Shown: positions 9,267 to 19,306, counted from the first letter of the stretch. The stretch is 64,000 bases of DNA from an uncultured bacterium (GCA_964607485.1 CAZSKP010000008.1:69168-133167); one strand, 5' to 3'. Program-made: numbers and translations. Notes: generated by a model not told the origin, from the letters alone.

Positions 9267-9935
9267 ATGCAAGGATTGGGCAAGAGGGTAGTCATTCTGG
9301 CGGCGTTCGGCGCGGGGTTTGCATTGGTGCTCCTCGTGGCGATGGCCATCCAGGCGGCTCTTCGCACCGCCCGCCCCTCTTTGGGCCGAAAAACCCCCGC
9401 AACCAGCGTGAAGAGCGAATCGACCCGGCCGGCTCCTCTCGCGCTGCCCCCGGCCACCCCCGCAGCGCCGACGCCCAACCAAAACACTGCAACAAACGAA
9501 CAGGCGTCTCTTCCACCCGAGGAAACCGAAGAAGCCGCGACGCTGGAGCAGGTGTTTCATTCGACTGATGGGAGCGAAAATGGCGAGATCGACCAGGCGC
9601 AGATCGAGCGGTCGCTTCGCGCCTTCGTCGAGCAGAGCCGCCCGCGGCTGAAATTGTCCGACGCGGATTATGAGCGGCTGGCGGGTTCGATCATGAAGTT
9701 TCGCGAGGCGAACGTGAGGATGCGTTCGATGGAGCGGACGGGTATGAACTCGGCGGGCTTCAGGCAAGCCCTCGATGACGTGAATGAGGCGACGGACGAA
9801 TTTGTGCGGATAACGGGCATGTCGCCCGGCGAGTTCTTCGTGGGCAAGGACGCGCCAGTCAAGTTTGGAGACGACCCAAGGGGCGCAATTGACGATGAAG
9901 TTGTCACGGAATATCTTCCTGAGAGCAAGCCTTAG
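9267..9935 (+). CDS. Hypothetical membrane-anchored protein (Pro/Thr-rich linker)
   Basis: 222 aa; N-terminal TM (VVILAAFGAGFALVLLVAMAI); low-complexity PAPLALPPATPAAPTP linker; overlaps next gene by ~40 bp. Confidence 0.5.
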   Translation: MQGLGKRVVILAAFGAGFALVLLVAMAIQAALRTARPSLGRKTPATSVKSESTRPAPLALPPATPAAPTPNQNTATNEQASLPPEETEEAATLEQVFHSTDGSENGEIDQAQIERSLRAFVEQSRPRLKLSDADYERLAGSIMKFREANVRMRSMERTGMNSAGFRQALDDVNEATDEFVRITGMSPGEFFVGKDAPVKFGDDPRGAIDDEVVTEYLPESKP

Positions 9936-10953
9936 CGCAGTCCTGGCGCTGCCACTGTTCTTGTTGCCGGCCAGGGCCTCGGCCGGGAAGGAGACGATTG
10001 CGACTCTGAACGGTGAGCCGATCACCCGCGAGCAGGTCGAGCAGCGCACCGCCACGAAACTGTACAGGTTGAGATGGGAGATATACGACACGCTCAAGAC
10101 CGAGGCCGAAAAACTGGTCGATGAGCGCCTGCTGGCCGAGGAGGCGAAACGCCGGGGCGTGAGTGTCGAGGAACTGTTGCATGTCGAGGTCGAGCAAGGG
10201 ATGCAGCCGGCCACCGACGAGCAAATAGACGCCTACATCGAGGAACAGCAGATTTCAGACAAGCCCGACGAAGAAGTACGCGCCCGAATCGCCACGTACC
10301 TGACCGAACGCGCCAAGATTCAGAAGAAGCTCGACTTCCTCGAGGAGCTTCGCAAGAAGTCCGATTACCGGTTCCTGCTCGAGCCGCCCGAGCGCCCGCG
10401 CGTGCGGGTGAGCGTGGACGACGACCCGGTGAGAGGAAGCCCCGACGCGCCCGTCACGATCATCCATTTTGCCAGCTTATCGTGCGACCACTGCGCCGAG
10501 AGCGCGCGCAAGATCAAGCGGTTGACCGAGGAATTTCCGGGACTCATCCGATGGGTCCACCGCGATTTCCTGAACCCGTTTGATGAACGCGGCCTCAAGG
10601 CGGCGGAGGCCGGCGAGACGGCACACGCTCAGGGCAAGTTCTGGGAGTTTCACGACTACGTCTATTCGCTCCATGGCGATTTCGCTCCGGAGGACCTCGG
10701 CAAGATGCTCGAAGCGGTGGGGGTTGACGCTTCCCAATACGAGCAGGCGCTGAAAGACGCGCGGTATATTCTCGAGATAAAGCACGACATCGAGGATGGA
10801 GTGCAGGCCGGTGTGACAGGGGTGCCGACGATTTTCATAAACGGCCGCTACACAAGCGGCACGTTTCCGTACGAGCAACTCAAGCAAATGGTCGAGGAAG
10901 AACTGCAGGCCGCAAGCCCGAAGGCGGAGAAGGAGGCCGAGTCTCTGCCTTAG
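9895..10953 (+). CDS. Thioredoxin-fold DsbA-family protein (periplasmic thiol:disulfide oxidoreductase-like)
   Basis: Signal peptide MKLSRNIFLRASLSAVLALPLFLLPARASA; CxxC active site FASLSCDHCAESARKIK; in-frame ATG chosen over the track's upstream TTG (9865). Confidence 0.7.
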   Translation: MKLSRNIFLRASLSAVLALPLFLLPARASAGKETIATLNGEPITREQVEQRTATKLYRLRWEIYDTLKTEAEKLVDERLLAEEAKRRGVSVEELLHVEVEQGMQPATDEQIDAYIEEQQISDKPDEEVRARIATYLTERAKIQKKLDFLEELRKKSDYRFLLEPPERPRVRVSVDDDPVRGSPDAPVTIIHFASLSCDHCAESARKIKRLTEEFPGLIRWVHRDFLNPFDERGLKAAEAGETAHAQGKFWEFHDYVYSLHGDFAPEDLGKMLEAVGVDASQYEQALKDARYILEIKHDIEDGVQAGVTGVPTIFINGRYTSGTFPYEQLKQMVEEELQAASPKAEKEAESLP

Positions 10954-11118
10954 CGCAACGCCGCGCGGATGATTAGCGGCTTTCCTCGGCATACGGTTGC
11001 GACGGGCCACTGCGCGCCGCAGTGGAGAAAGGGGGGATCGACAGGAAGAACTCTCGTTTCATTCCGTTTGTTCCGTTCTCAAGGCCTTTCTTCTGGAACA
11101 ACGAAAGGAGACCTACCG

Positions 11119-12024
11119 ATGACATTTCGTGATTTACGCAGGACGAACACCGGCATAGTCTTTCTCCTCATCCTGACCGTCACGCTGGTGTTCGCATTCA
11201 CCACAACCGCTTATGCAAAAGACCCGCAGCTCGTTCCCAAACGCCTCAGCTCCACGGGCGACAGCATCAGCGCGGGAATCGACGTGGAGTATTACGGCCA
11301 GAACGCCAACGCGAGCTGGGTCAACGGCTACTACGGTTTCTGGCAATGGCTCTTCGGGCTCACCAATGTCAACAGCCACAACCAGCGAATCACGGCCAAA
11401 TATGGCAGGTGGGGGCGCGCGAACTATATGGATGCCGTCAGCGGCGCCGACATGTTCGACTTCCCCGCACAGACCGCCCAGGCCGCGAGCCAGAGCGCTC
11501 AGTATGTGACCGTTTTCATGGGACACAACGACGTGTGCCAGAATCATCCATGGGAGATTCCTTCCGACGATGTGTTCGAGGCGAACTTCCGCGCCGGAAT
11601 GGAGAACCTGAAAAACGGTCTGCCCCATGGCGCGACGGTCTATGTGCTGGCAATCGTTGACATCAAGCAGCTCTACGAGGAAGCGAAGGACAAGAAGGCG
11701 CTCGGAATCGTGGACTGCGAAGTGCTATGGGCCACCTCGCTGCTGGGCTGGTTCCCCTGCGGCACGATGCTCAGCCCGCTCAACACAGAGGCCGACCGCC
11801 TGGCGACCCGCGCGCGGATCGAGGGATTCAACGACATATTAGAGACAGTGACGAACGAGTATCAGGCCAATGATTCGCACCATCACTACTGTTTCACGGA
11901 ACTCCCCTTCCTCTATCCGTTCATAGAGAGCGATGTGTCCGACCTCGACTGTTTCCATCCGTCGGCACAGGGACAGACCACCCTCTCGCGCGAGACATGG
12001 CAAATCGGTCCGTTCGGCCCGTAA
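11119..12024 (+). CDS. SGNH/GDSL-family hydrolase (secreted lipase/esterase-like)
   Basis: ATG preceded by AAAGGAGA; signal/TM; GDS(L) block STGDSISAG and catalytic DCFHPS (DxxH); track ORF starts 150 nt earlier without RBS. Confidence 0.7.
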   Translation: MTFRDLRRTNTGIVFLLILTVTLVFAFTTTAYAKDPQLVPKRLSSTGDSISAGIDVEYYGQNANASWVNGYYGFWQWLFGLTNVNSHNQRITAKYGRWGRANYMDAVSGADMFDFPAQTAQAASQSAQYVTVFMGHNDVCQNHPWEIPSDDVFEANFRAGMENLKNGLPHGATVYVLAIVDIKQLYEEAKDKKALGIVDCEVLWATSLLGWFPCGTMLSPLNTEADRLATRARIEGFNDILETVTNEYQANDSHHHYCFTELPFLYPFIESDVSDLDCFHPSAQGQTTLSRETWQIGPFGP

Positions 12025-12066
12025 GGGAGAAGAGACGGAAGCAGGCTGGAAACTGCATCATGACGA

Positions 12067-12098
12067 GAGGCGCCGCCACCCGCGGCGCCTCTTTTCTT
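12067..12098 (+). terminator. Rho-independent terminator (10-bp GC stem GAGGCGCCGC/GCGGCGCCTC, loop CACCC, then TTTTCTT)
   Basis: Perfect 10-bp stem followed by T-tract, 43 bp after the GDSL-hydrolase stop. Confidence 0.6.
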
Positions 12099-12118
12099 GT
12101 CCGCTATCCTCGAATTCT

Positions 12119-12716
12119 TCAGACTTCCCACGGTTTCTTTGGTTCCACCTTTCCCGCAGATGGATTCTCGGGATCGCTTTCCCAACAAAGAGGATTGTCG
12201 ATGATGTACCGGCGAATGCGATTGAATTCTTCATCGTTGCGGACAATGTGTTCGTAGTAATTGCGCTGCCACAGCCTGTCTGGGAACGATTTCCAGCCGC
12301 ATTCGGCAATTCCTCGACGATACCGTGCGGTAGTCAGTGATTTGAAACGATGAACAACAAGGGGCAAGGACATCTTTGTAGGGGCAGGCCCCAAATCATC
12401 CGCCGAATCTGTCGTAGGGGCCTGCCCCTACAACGGATTCAGTCAGTGGTTTGATAAAGATGATGCCGTGAAGATGGTTAGACATGATTACAACCGCGTC
12501 GATATCAATGCCCGGATAGTATTGCGGCAAATCGTGCCACACAGAATGCACCATCGCTCCAATTTCATTCAATATCGTCTGGCCATCCACAATCTTCCCG
12601 AACAAGCATCGACGCTGCCGCGCACAAATCGTCACGAAGTATGCTCCCGCCTGCGAATAATCGAAATCTTTCAGTCGGATGGACCGGCGACGATGCTTCG
12701 GCGGGTCAGGAATCAT
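12119..12716 (-). pseudogene. REP-associated tyrosine transposase (RAYT, IS200/IS605 TnpA-like) disrupted by an internal REP doublet
   Basis: N-part (12396-12716) has YFVTICARQRR...SNHLHGII (HuH); C-part (12119-12394) has WQRNYYEHIVRNDEEFNRIRRYIIDNP; parts are in different frames with a stop at the junction, exactly where two inverted REPs lie. Confidence 0.75.
12378..12431. repeat. REP doublet (BIME-like): GTAGGGGCAGGCCCC-18 nt-GGGGCCTGCCCCTAC in inverted orientation
   Basis: Two 18-bp hairpin units starting with GTAG and sharing GTAGGGGC...GCCCCTAC termini with the 28-bp REP family; sits inside the RAYT reading frame. Confidence 0.75.
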
Positions 12717-12761
12717 TCGGAAGATTCCCTTTGTAGGATTGACGCGTGCGAGTGAAGATTC

Positions 12762-13847
12762 TCAATACTTCCCGTATTTCCTGGCGGCGCGGACCATGGC
12801 GAGGTAGTTTTCGGGCTTGCATCCGGGGTGGATGGTGTTCGACGAGGTCATGATGTATCCGCCGCCGGGCGCCGCGTCTTCGATGGCCTTCCTGACCGCG
12901 CGCTCGACCTCGTCCTCGGTTCCCCACGGCAGGAGTTCCGAGCAGTCGATGTTTCCCAGCAGGCAGATCTTATCGCCGCAGTGCTGCTTTACCTTCTTGA
13001 GATCCATTCCGCCCTGGGGCTGAAGCGGATGGATTCCGTCGAACCCGATCTCCACGAGCCGGTCGAGTATCGGCCAGAGGTTGCCGTCGGAGTGTTTGAG
13101 GGCCTTGGCGCCTTTTTGATGAACGACCTCGACGAGTTCCTTCATATAGGGCCCGATGAACTCATCGAACTGCGCGGGCGACATCATCGTGTTCGCGTTG
13201 AAGGCAATGTCGTCCTCAAACACGACCGCATCGACGCCGGCATCGAGAGCCTCGGTGATTTGCTGCTTGTGGTAGTCGGTCGACATGCGGGCGAGCTCGT
13301 GGACGAGCTTCGGATTCTCGATATAATCCATCAACAGGTGATCGAGGCCGCCTCGCAATCCCCAGCTATATCGAAAACAGTCGTGCGAGCAGAACACGAT
13401 TGCGGTCTCGTCCTTGAACCGCGCCTTCACCATGCTGAGCATCATCAGGTCAACGTCGGGGTCGGTTTTCGGAGGGCTGTAACTCTTCAGGTCCGACGGC
13501 GACTTTATCGGGCCGTCCATCGGGAAGGCGAGTCCGAAGGGATTGCGCTTGTAGGTGATGCCCCACTTGTCTTTGAAGCAGCCTTCGCCCAGCGGCTCCT
13601 CCTGCTCGAGAACCCGTGCGGAGATTCCCTCGATCTCAAGCTCTTCGATGAAAAGCGAGAGCGCCTCGAATATCATCAGGAGCTCATCCGGGGTCATGTC
13701 GGCGACCGATTTCATCGGAGGGAGCCTGTCGGTGAAGTGCCGTGCGATGCCGATTATGCTCGATTCGTTGTAGGCCAGTTCGAACAGAGGCACCCTGTCG
13801 GGCTGCTCGAGATTGAGCGCAGCCAGAATCCTCTCTTTTCCGGTCAT
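12762..13847 (-). CDS. Uroporphyrinogen decarboxylase (URO-D) family protein (MtaA/CmuA-like)
   Basis: 361 aa, URO-D/methyltransferase-like TIM-barrel family by overall pattern (DRVPLFELAY..., GFDGIHPLQP...); function not assignable. Confidence 0.6.
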   Translation of the reverse strand: MTGKERILAALNLEQPDRVPLFELAYNESSIIGIARHFTDRLPPMKSVADMTPDELLMIFEALSLFIEELEIEGISARVLEQEEPLGEGCFKDKWGITYKRNPFGLAFPMDGPIKSPSDLKSYSPPKTDPDVDLMMLSMVKARFKDETAIVFCSHDCFRYSWGLRGGLDHLLMDYIENPKLVHELARMSTDYHKQQITEALDAGVDAVVFEDDIAFNANTMMSPAQFDEFIGPYMKELVEVVHQKGAKALKHSDGNLWPILDRLVEIGFDGIHPLQPQGGMDLKKVKQHCGDKICLLGNIDCSELLPWGTEDEVERAVRKAIEDAAPGGGYIMTSSNTIHPGCKPENYLAMVRAARKYGKY

Positions 13848-13996
13848 CGTGTCTCCTCTTTTCTTCGGAGATCCTGAAAGCGGGCACGCTCATTATATCA
13901 CCCTCATGGGATTTGTCAATTTCCCCCATCACATATTATAATGTCGATACTTTTCAATTCAGGAGATTCACTGTTGGAGCAAAAGAGAGGTCTCAC

Positions 13997-15571
13997 ATGC
14001 GGTACTGTACCGATGTCATTGAAGAGAGCGCCGAGCAGAAGCCCGATTCGCTCTTTCTCGTCTTCGAAGATCAAAAGATAACATTCGGCCAGTTCAACCG
14101 TAGGATCAATCGTGTCGCCAACGGGCTGGCGAAGCTCGGCATCGGGGCGAAGTCCGGCGTCAGCATCATGATGCCCAACTCGCCCGAATGGTTGTACGTT
14201 TACTTTGCCACGCAGAAGATAGGCGCCTGCGCGGTTCCCATAAACGTGGGCCTGAAGGCCGACGGACTGGCGTACATCATCGACCATTCCGATTCGAGCG
14301 CCATCTGTGTCGGCCACCAGTATAGAGACCAGTTTGAGAATATCAGGCAGCGGCTGCCGAAGCTCCGCCACGTGATTTACGACACCACCGACGCCCCCGC
14401 CGATTTCGAGCTGCCCGAGGGAGCGATGACTCTCGCCGAGCTCGCACAGGCGGACGGCGAGAACCCGGCCGTGCGGCCCGACCCGGAGGACATCTCGGTT
14501 CTCATGTACACCTCGGGCACGACCGGCCTGCCGAAAGGGGTCGTCATCCGGTACAAGAGCTTCGACCTGGAGATGTTCACGATGTTTTCGCAGATGGTGT
14601 ACAACGAAAACGATATTCTGTACACCTGCCTGCCGCTGTTCCACGCAAACGCGCTCGTGCTCACGGTCATGCGCGCCATCGCAGCCGGCGCGAAAGTGGG
14701 CCTGAGCCGCCGTTTCAGCGCGAGCAGGTTCTGGGACGACATCCGGAGATACGAGGCGACCACCTTCAACGCGCTCGGCGCCATGATACCCATTCTCATG
14801 AAGCAGCCTCCCCGCCCCGACGACGGCGACAACCCCGTGCGGCTGGTCCTGAGCGCGGCGTGCCCCGCGCACCTGTGGGAAGAGTTCGAGAAACGGTTCA
14901 ACGTGAAAATCTGGGAGGGCTACGGGGCCGTCGACGGCGGCGGATTCACGCTGTTCAACATCGGCAACGCGCCCGTGGGCTCGATGGGAAAGCCGCCCGA
15001 GGACGCCGTCGCAAAGGTTTTCGATGAGCAGAACAACGAGCTTCCGACGGGAGAGGTGGGCGAGCTCGTTTTCAAGATCGACGACATCGAGAGGCGCAAG
15101 GTGGAATATTACAAGGACGAGAAAGCCGCGAGCGGCAAGATTCGCAACGGATGGCTGCACACCGGCGACCTCGTGTACGCCGACGAGGAGGGCAACTTCT
15201 ATTTTGTGGACCGAAGGACGGATTCGATGCGCCGGCGGGGCGAGAACATCTCCTCGTACGACGTCGAACAGGTGATAATGAAGCATCCGGCTGTGCTCGA
15301 GTGCGCGGCCTACGGTGTGCCGTCCGACCTGGGCGAGGACGACGTGATGGCGGCCGTCGTGCTGAAGCCGGAGGCGTCGCTCACGCCGAAGGAGTTGGTG
15401 GAATTCTGTTCCGACAAGATGGCCGACTTCATGATCCCGCGCTACATCGACTTTCGGGCGGAGCTGCCGAAGACGGGCACGCACAGGCTTCAGAAAGTCG
15501 AGTTGAAGAAGCAGGGTGTCACACCGACGACGTGGGACAGGGAAAAGGAGATGTCCAAGAGGAAGAAGTAG
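13997..15571 (+). CDS. AMP-dependent synthetase/ligase (long-chain fatty acid--CoA ligase-like)
   Basis: AMP-binding motif YTSGTTGLPKGV, downstream GEL/TGD motifs; ATG after AAAGAGAGG chosen over the track's upstream start (13913). Confidence 0.8.
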   Translation: MRYCTDVIEESAEQKPDSLFLVFEDQKITFGQFNRRINRVANGLAKLGIGAKSGVSIMMPNSPEWLYVYFATQKIGACAVPINVGLKADGLAYIIDHSDSSAICVGHQYRDQFENIRQRLPKLRHVIYDTTDAPADFELPEGAMTLAELAQADGENPAVRPDPEDISVLMYTSGTTGLPKGVVIRYKSFDLEMFTMFSQMVYNENDILYTCLPLFHANALVLTVMRAIAAGAKVGLSRRFSASRFWDDIRRYEATTFNALGAMIPILMKQPPRPDDGDNPVRLVLSAACPAHLWEEFEKRFNVKIWEGYGAVDGGGFTLFNIGNAPVGSMGKPPEDAVAKVFDEQNNELPTGEVGELVFKIDDIERRKVEYYKDEKAASGKIRNGWLHTGDLVYADEEGNFYFVDRRTDSMRRRGENISSYDVEQVIMKHPAVLECAAYGVPSDLGEDDVMAAVVLKPEASLTPKELVEFCSDKMADFMIPRYIDFRAELPKTGTHRLQKVELKKQGVTPTTWDREKEMSKRKK

Positions 15572-15602
15572 GCGGAACGCGCGGAGCAGATACTACCGGG
15601 AA

Positions 15603-15820
15603 CATGAGATACATCACATTCTTGTCATCCTGAACGAAGGGTCTCGGACCCGTGGGCCGCGGGCCCGAGTGAAGGATCTCATGTTTAGACTGAACGCACG
15701 AGATTCTTCGGTCGCTTCGCTCCCTCAGAATGACAATGAGGGGCTCAGAATAACAGTGAGTAGCTCAGAATGGCAATGGAAGGCTCAGAATGACAACTAC
15801 TAGCTGCTCCGAGTGGTAAG
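15603..15820. repeat. MITE-like inverted-repeat element, copy A (long form with tandem GCTCAGAATGACAA-like tail units)
   Basis: ~218 bp; arms TTGTCATCCTGAACGAAGG... / ...GAGATTCTTCGGTCGCTTCGCTCCCTCAGAATGACAA; near-identical to copy B at 18361-18587. Confidence 0.8.
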
Positions 15821-15880
15821 AAGTTCAATGGGGCGTTGAACATCGCGCTTGAATCGGGTGAATGAAAGGAGTCACATCCC

Positions 15881-18337
15881 ATGAGAAAGGCTTTCTGTGT
15901 GGCGTTCTTTGCGATTGCTTTGTCGCTCCCATGCGTGCGCAGTGCCGCGGCGGAAGAGACGCCCGGCCTGCAGAAGTCGTTCGGAGGCCTGAAGGGAAAT
16001 GTCGAGGTTGTCATAGACAAGCACGGATTTCCCCACATTTACGCCGAGAGCGAGGCCGACGCCATGTTTGCGCTCGGGTACATGCACGCCAGGGATCGGT
16101 TGTGGCAGATGGATTTCAACCGTCGCGCCGCAGAGGGAAGGCTGTCGGAAATCATGGGACCGGATGCGCTCGACCACGACGTCTTCGTCCGTACCATCGG
16201 GCTCAATCGACTCGCGCGGCTGTCTGCAAAACGAGCGCAAAATGATCCCAAGCTGTACGCGAACATGACCGCTTACGCGTGGGGCGTGAACTCCTTCATC
16301 GCCGAAAAGATGCCGGACCACCTTCCTGTCGAGTTTCAGCGGCTCGGTTACCAGCCGGAGCCGTGGACGCCGGCAGATTCGGTTGCAATCGGCAAGGCGA
16401 TGGCGTGGGAGCTGTGCGGCAGCCTCGACGACCTGTACATGGGAACGCTTGTCCAAAAGCTCGGCTGGGAGACGGTCAGCCAGCTCTTCCCCGTTGACCG
16501 TTACAAAGAGATACCCATCATCCCCTCGGAAAAGTCAAGCGCCCAATCAGAGAGCGGGGGAGAGGCAACGATGAAGTCTTCGGCCGAAACCGGCGAGGGC
16601 GGCCTCGGTGACGCGTGCCTGAGCATCATCCGGATGGCGTCGCATCGGTTCCGGATGCTTGGCGACTACGACAATATCGGGAGCAACAACTGGGTGATAG
16701 ACGGAACAAAGTCGGCGAGCGACAAGCCGATCCTGGCTTCCGACCCCCACCTCGGCTTCAACATGCCGTGCGTCTGGTACGTCGCTCACGTGAAGGGCGG
16801 CAACCTCGACGCCATCGGCGTTTCGCTGCCCGGCGTGCCCATGATAGTGATAGGGCACAATCAGCACATTGCATGGGGAATGACCAACACGCAGGCCGAC
16901 GTGACCGACTTTTACGTCGAGACATTGAACGAGGAGAAGACCCAGTATCTGCACGAGGGCGAATGGAAGCCCCTCGAAGTCTTCAACGAAACGATAAAGG
17001 TGCTCGGACGAGACCCGGTCGAGCTGAAAGTTGCGGCGACGGCGCACGGACCAATCCTCTCCACGCCCCAAGCCGAATTGGCGATACAGTGGATAGGCGC
17101 GGAGCCGGACGACGACGCGCTCGCCTTCAGCCTGCTCAATCGCGCCACCGATTACGACGACTTCGCCACCGCCATGCAAACCCTGAACGCGCCCCCGCAG
17201 AATTTCGACTACGCCGACTCGAACGGGATGATAGCCATGTGGGTGGCCGGTCTCTTTCCCGTTCGCAAGGCGGGATTCGGCCGCGTTCCCGTGGACGGCG
17301 CCTCGGGAAAGTACGACTGGACGGGGTTTATCCCCCGGATAGACACGCCGCACAGCGTCAACCCCGCGCAGCACTACCTCGCATCGGCCAACCAGCGTCC
17401 GGCGCCGAAGGACTATCCGTATTATCTCGGCTACGAGTGGGACCCCGGCTACAGGGCGCGCCGGATAAATCGGCTGCTTTCCTCGAACGATTCGATCACG
17501 GCGGACATGATGAAAAGCTTTCAGGCCGACACGTACGATATGGCCGCCGAATCCATGCTCCCACACCTGATAGCCGCGTGCAAAGACGAGTTCGAGAAAG
17601 ACAAACCTTACGCGAATGCTCTCGACACACTGTCGAAGTGGGATTTTCTGACCACTATCGACAAAGCCGCTCCGACAATCTGGTGGAAGTGGCTCGACAA
17701 GTTCCGCAACGCGGTGTGGGAGGACGAATGGCAGGCGGCGGGAATCGAGCTGCCAAATGACTCGTGGGGTTTCACCGATTTGAACAAGTGGCAGCCGCCG
17801 CTGGAGGTTCTCGAACGGATGGTGGTGGAAGAGCCCACCTCGAAGTGGTTCGACGACGTGACAACCGAAGAGAGGGAAACGCTGAGGGAAATCGCCACCA
17901 GGAGCCTGCGCCAGGCGGTGGATGAGTTGTTGCAGAATCTTGGCGAGGATATGTCCAAATGGAATTGGGGCAGGGTGAACCGGCTTCGGATCGACCACCT
18001 CTCGGGCGACCCGCTCCTCGTTCGCGGGGGTCAGCCGCTCAACGGAAGCGACCTCACGCTCTGCGCGAGAGGCACGGGGGGTGACGTGACGGGCGGGCCG
18101 AGCTGGCGGATGGTCGTCGATTTCAGCGACGTGGGCGGCGCCGTCGGCGTGTTCCCGGGCGGTCAGAGCGGCGACCCCGAGAGTCCGCACTATGACGACT
18201 TGATCGACAAGTGGGTTGCGGACGAGTACGTTCCTCTCCCGTTCTATTCGACGCCGGAACAGTTTTCCTCGGAGCAGGTCGAGGCTCGGATACATCTCTC
18301 ACCCTCCTCGGAGGGAGTCGGACTCGTGACGCCGTGA
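15881..18337 (+). CDS. Penicillin amidase/acylase family Ntn-hydrolase (possible acyl-homoserine-lactone acylase)
   Basis: Signal peptide; YMHARDRLWQMDFNRRAAEGRLSE (alpha-subunit block) and beta-subunit N-terminal nucleophile SNNWVIDG; 818 aa. Confidence 0.8.
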   Translation: MRKAFCVAFFAIALSLPCVRSAAAEETPGLQKSFGGLKGNVEVVIDKHGFPHIYAESEADAMFALGYMHARDRLWQMDFNRRAAEGRLSEIMGPDALDHDVFVRTIGLNRLARLSAKRAQNDPKLYANMTAYAWGVNSFIAEKMPDHLPVEFQRLGYQPEPWTPADSVAIGKAMAWELCGSLDDLYMGTLVQKLGWETVSQLFPVDRYKEIPIIPSEKSSAQSESGGEATMKSSAETGEGGLGDACLSIIRMASHRFRMLGDYDNIGSNNWVIDGTKSASDKPILASDPHLGFNMPCVWYVAHVKGGNLDAIGVSLPGVPMIVIGHNQHIAWGMTNTQADVTDFYVETLNEEKTQYLHEGEWKPLEVFNETIKVLGRDPVELKVAATAHGPILSTPQAELAIQWIGAEPDDDALAFSLLNRATDYDDFATAMQTLNAPPQNFDYADSNGMIAMWVAGLFPVRKAGFGRVPVDGASGKYDWTGFIPRIDTPHSVNPAQHYLASANQRPAPKDYPYYLGYEWDPGYRARRINRLLSSNDSITADMMKSFQADTYDMAAESMLPHLIAACKDEFEKDKPYANALDTLSKWDFLTTIDKAAPTIWWKWLDKFRNAVWEDEWQAAGIELPNDSWGFTDLNKWQPPLEVLERMVVEEPTSKWFDDVTTEERETLREIATRSLRQAVDELLQNLGEDMSKWNWGRVNRLRIDHLSGDPLLVRGGQPLNGSDLTLCARGTGGDVTGGPSWRMVVDFSDVGGAVGVFPGGQSGDPESPHYDDLIDKWVADEYVPLPFYSTPEQFSSEQVEARIHLSPSSEGVGLVTP

Positions 18338-18360
18338 CAGCCGCCTCATACTACGAGGAG

Positions 18361-18587
18361 CATGAGATACATCACATTTTTGTCATCCTGAACGAAGGGC
18401 TCGGACCCGTGGGCCGCAAGCCCGAGCGAAGGATCTCATGTTTGGTCTGAACCCGTGATATTTTTCGAGATTCTTCGGTCGCTTCGCTCCCTCAGAATGA
18501 CAAAGAGGGGCTCCGAATAACAGTGAGTAGCTCAGAATGGCAATGAAAGGCTCAGAACGACAACCATCAACTGCTCCGAGTGGTAAG
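18361..18587. repeat. MITE-like inverted-repeat element, copy B (direct repeat of copy A)
   Basis: ~227 bp, same orientation and >85% identity by eye to 15603-15820. Confidence 0.8.
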
Positions 18588-18608
18588 TGAAAGGCGCTCA
18601 GGTAGCCT

Positions 18609-19178
18609 ATGCTGATAGAAATGTTGATGGTGGTGGCGATCATCGCGCTGTTGCTCGTCGGACCTTCGTTCGAGAATGTGTGGCTGGCGGTAGCGATCTA
18701 CGGCGGAGTCATAGGAGGGATGGTTCTGATATGGTGGTTTTCGTCCCGGCTCTCGGGCGGAGTCGCCGGGTTCTTATCGGGCACCTCGGGCGGCGGAAAG
18801 GTGAAGCAGACGTACAGCCTGGCCGAAAAATATGAGGTCGAGCACAAGTACAAGGCCGCGATAGAGCTTTACAAGCAAGCGTTCAAGAAAGACAGGAAGA
18901 ACCCCGCCCCCAGGAAGAAGCTGGCCAACCTCTACTACAAGCTGCGAGATTACGACAATTGTCTTAAGTACATGCACGAGGCGCTGAGCATGCCGGGAGA
19001 GATGTCCGAGACTGAACGCTGCGACCTGATGAACCGCATCGCCGACGTGTATCTGCAATTCAAACACGATCGCGCCTCGGCGGTGGCGATTCTTAAGCGC
19101 ATCATCAACGAGTTCCCCCAGAGCAAGTACGCCGTTTATGCGCGCGACCGCATCGTGCAGATAAAGCAAGACGCCTGA
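18609..19178 (+). CDS. TPR-repeat membrane protein
   Basis: Two N-terminal TM helices then TPR-like repeats (AIELYKQAFKKD...LANLYYKLRDYDNCLKY). Confidence 0.55.
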   Translation: MLIEMLMVVAIIALLLVGPSFENVWLAVAIYGGVIGGMVLIWWFSSRLSGGVAGFLSGTSGGGKVKQTYSLAEKYEVEHKYKAAIELYKQAFKKDRKNPAPRKKLANLYYKLRDYDNCLKYMHEALSMPGEMSETERCDLMNRIADVYLQFKHDRASAVAILKRIINEFPQSKYAVYARDRIVQIKQDA

Positions 19179-19232
19179 TGGCCGGGGCTTATGCGCCTCG
19201 CTCGCTTGCGACCTTCGAGCCGCCCGCCCGCT

Positions 19233-19261
19233 TTGACATAGCACCCTCTTTCTGGTAGAAT
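19233..19261 (+). promoter_or_regulatory. Sigma70-like promoter TTGACA-17-(TGg)TAGAAT with extended -10, upstream of bamD
   Basis: Exact -35, 17-bp spacer, TG extension; ~45 bp upstream of ATG 19307. Confidence 0.5.
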
Positions 19262-19306
19262 ACGGCTTCAAACGGGAAAGAAGTGTAATGTGGAGGAGTT
19301 TGAGCG

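Noticed and set aside
10969-11118. Longer N-terminal extensions in the track for the GDSL hydrolase (10969), acyl-CoA synthetase (13913), amidohydrolase (32761), queD (32496), radical SAM (37982), receiver (47145) and crotonase (48043)
   Set aside because: Each internal ATG is preceded by a good Shine-Dalgarno and marks the start of the conserved domain or signal peptide. Extensions are low-complexity and lack RBS.
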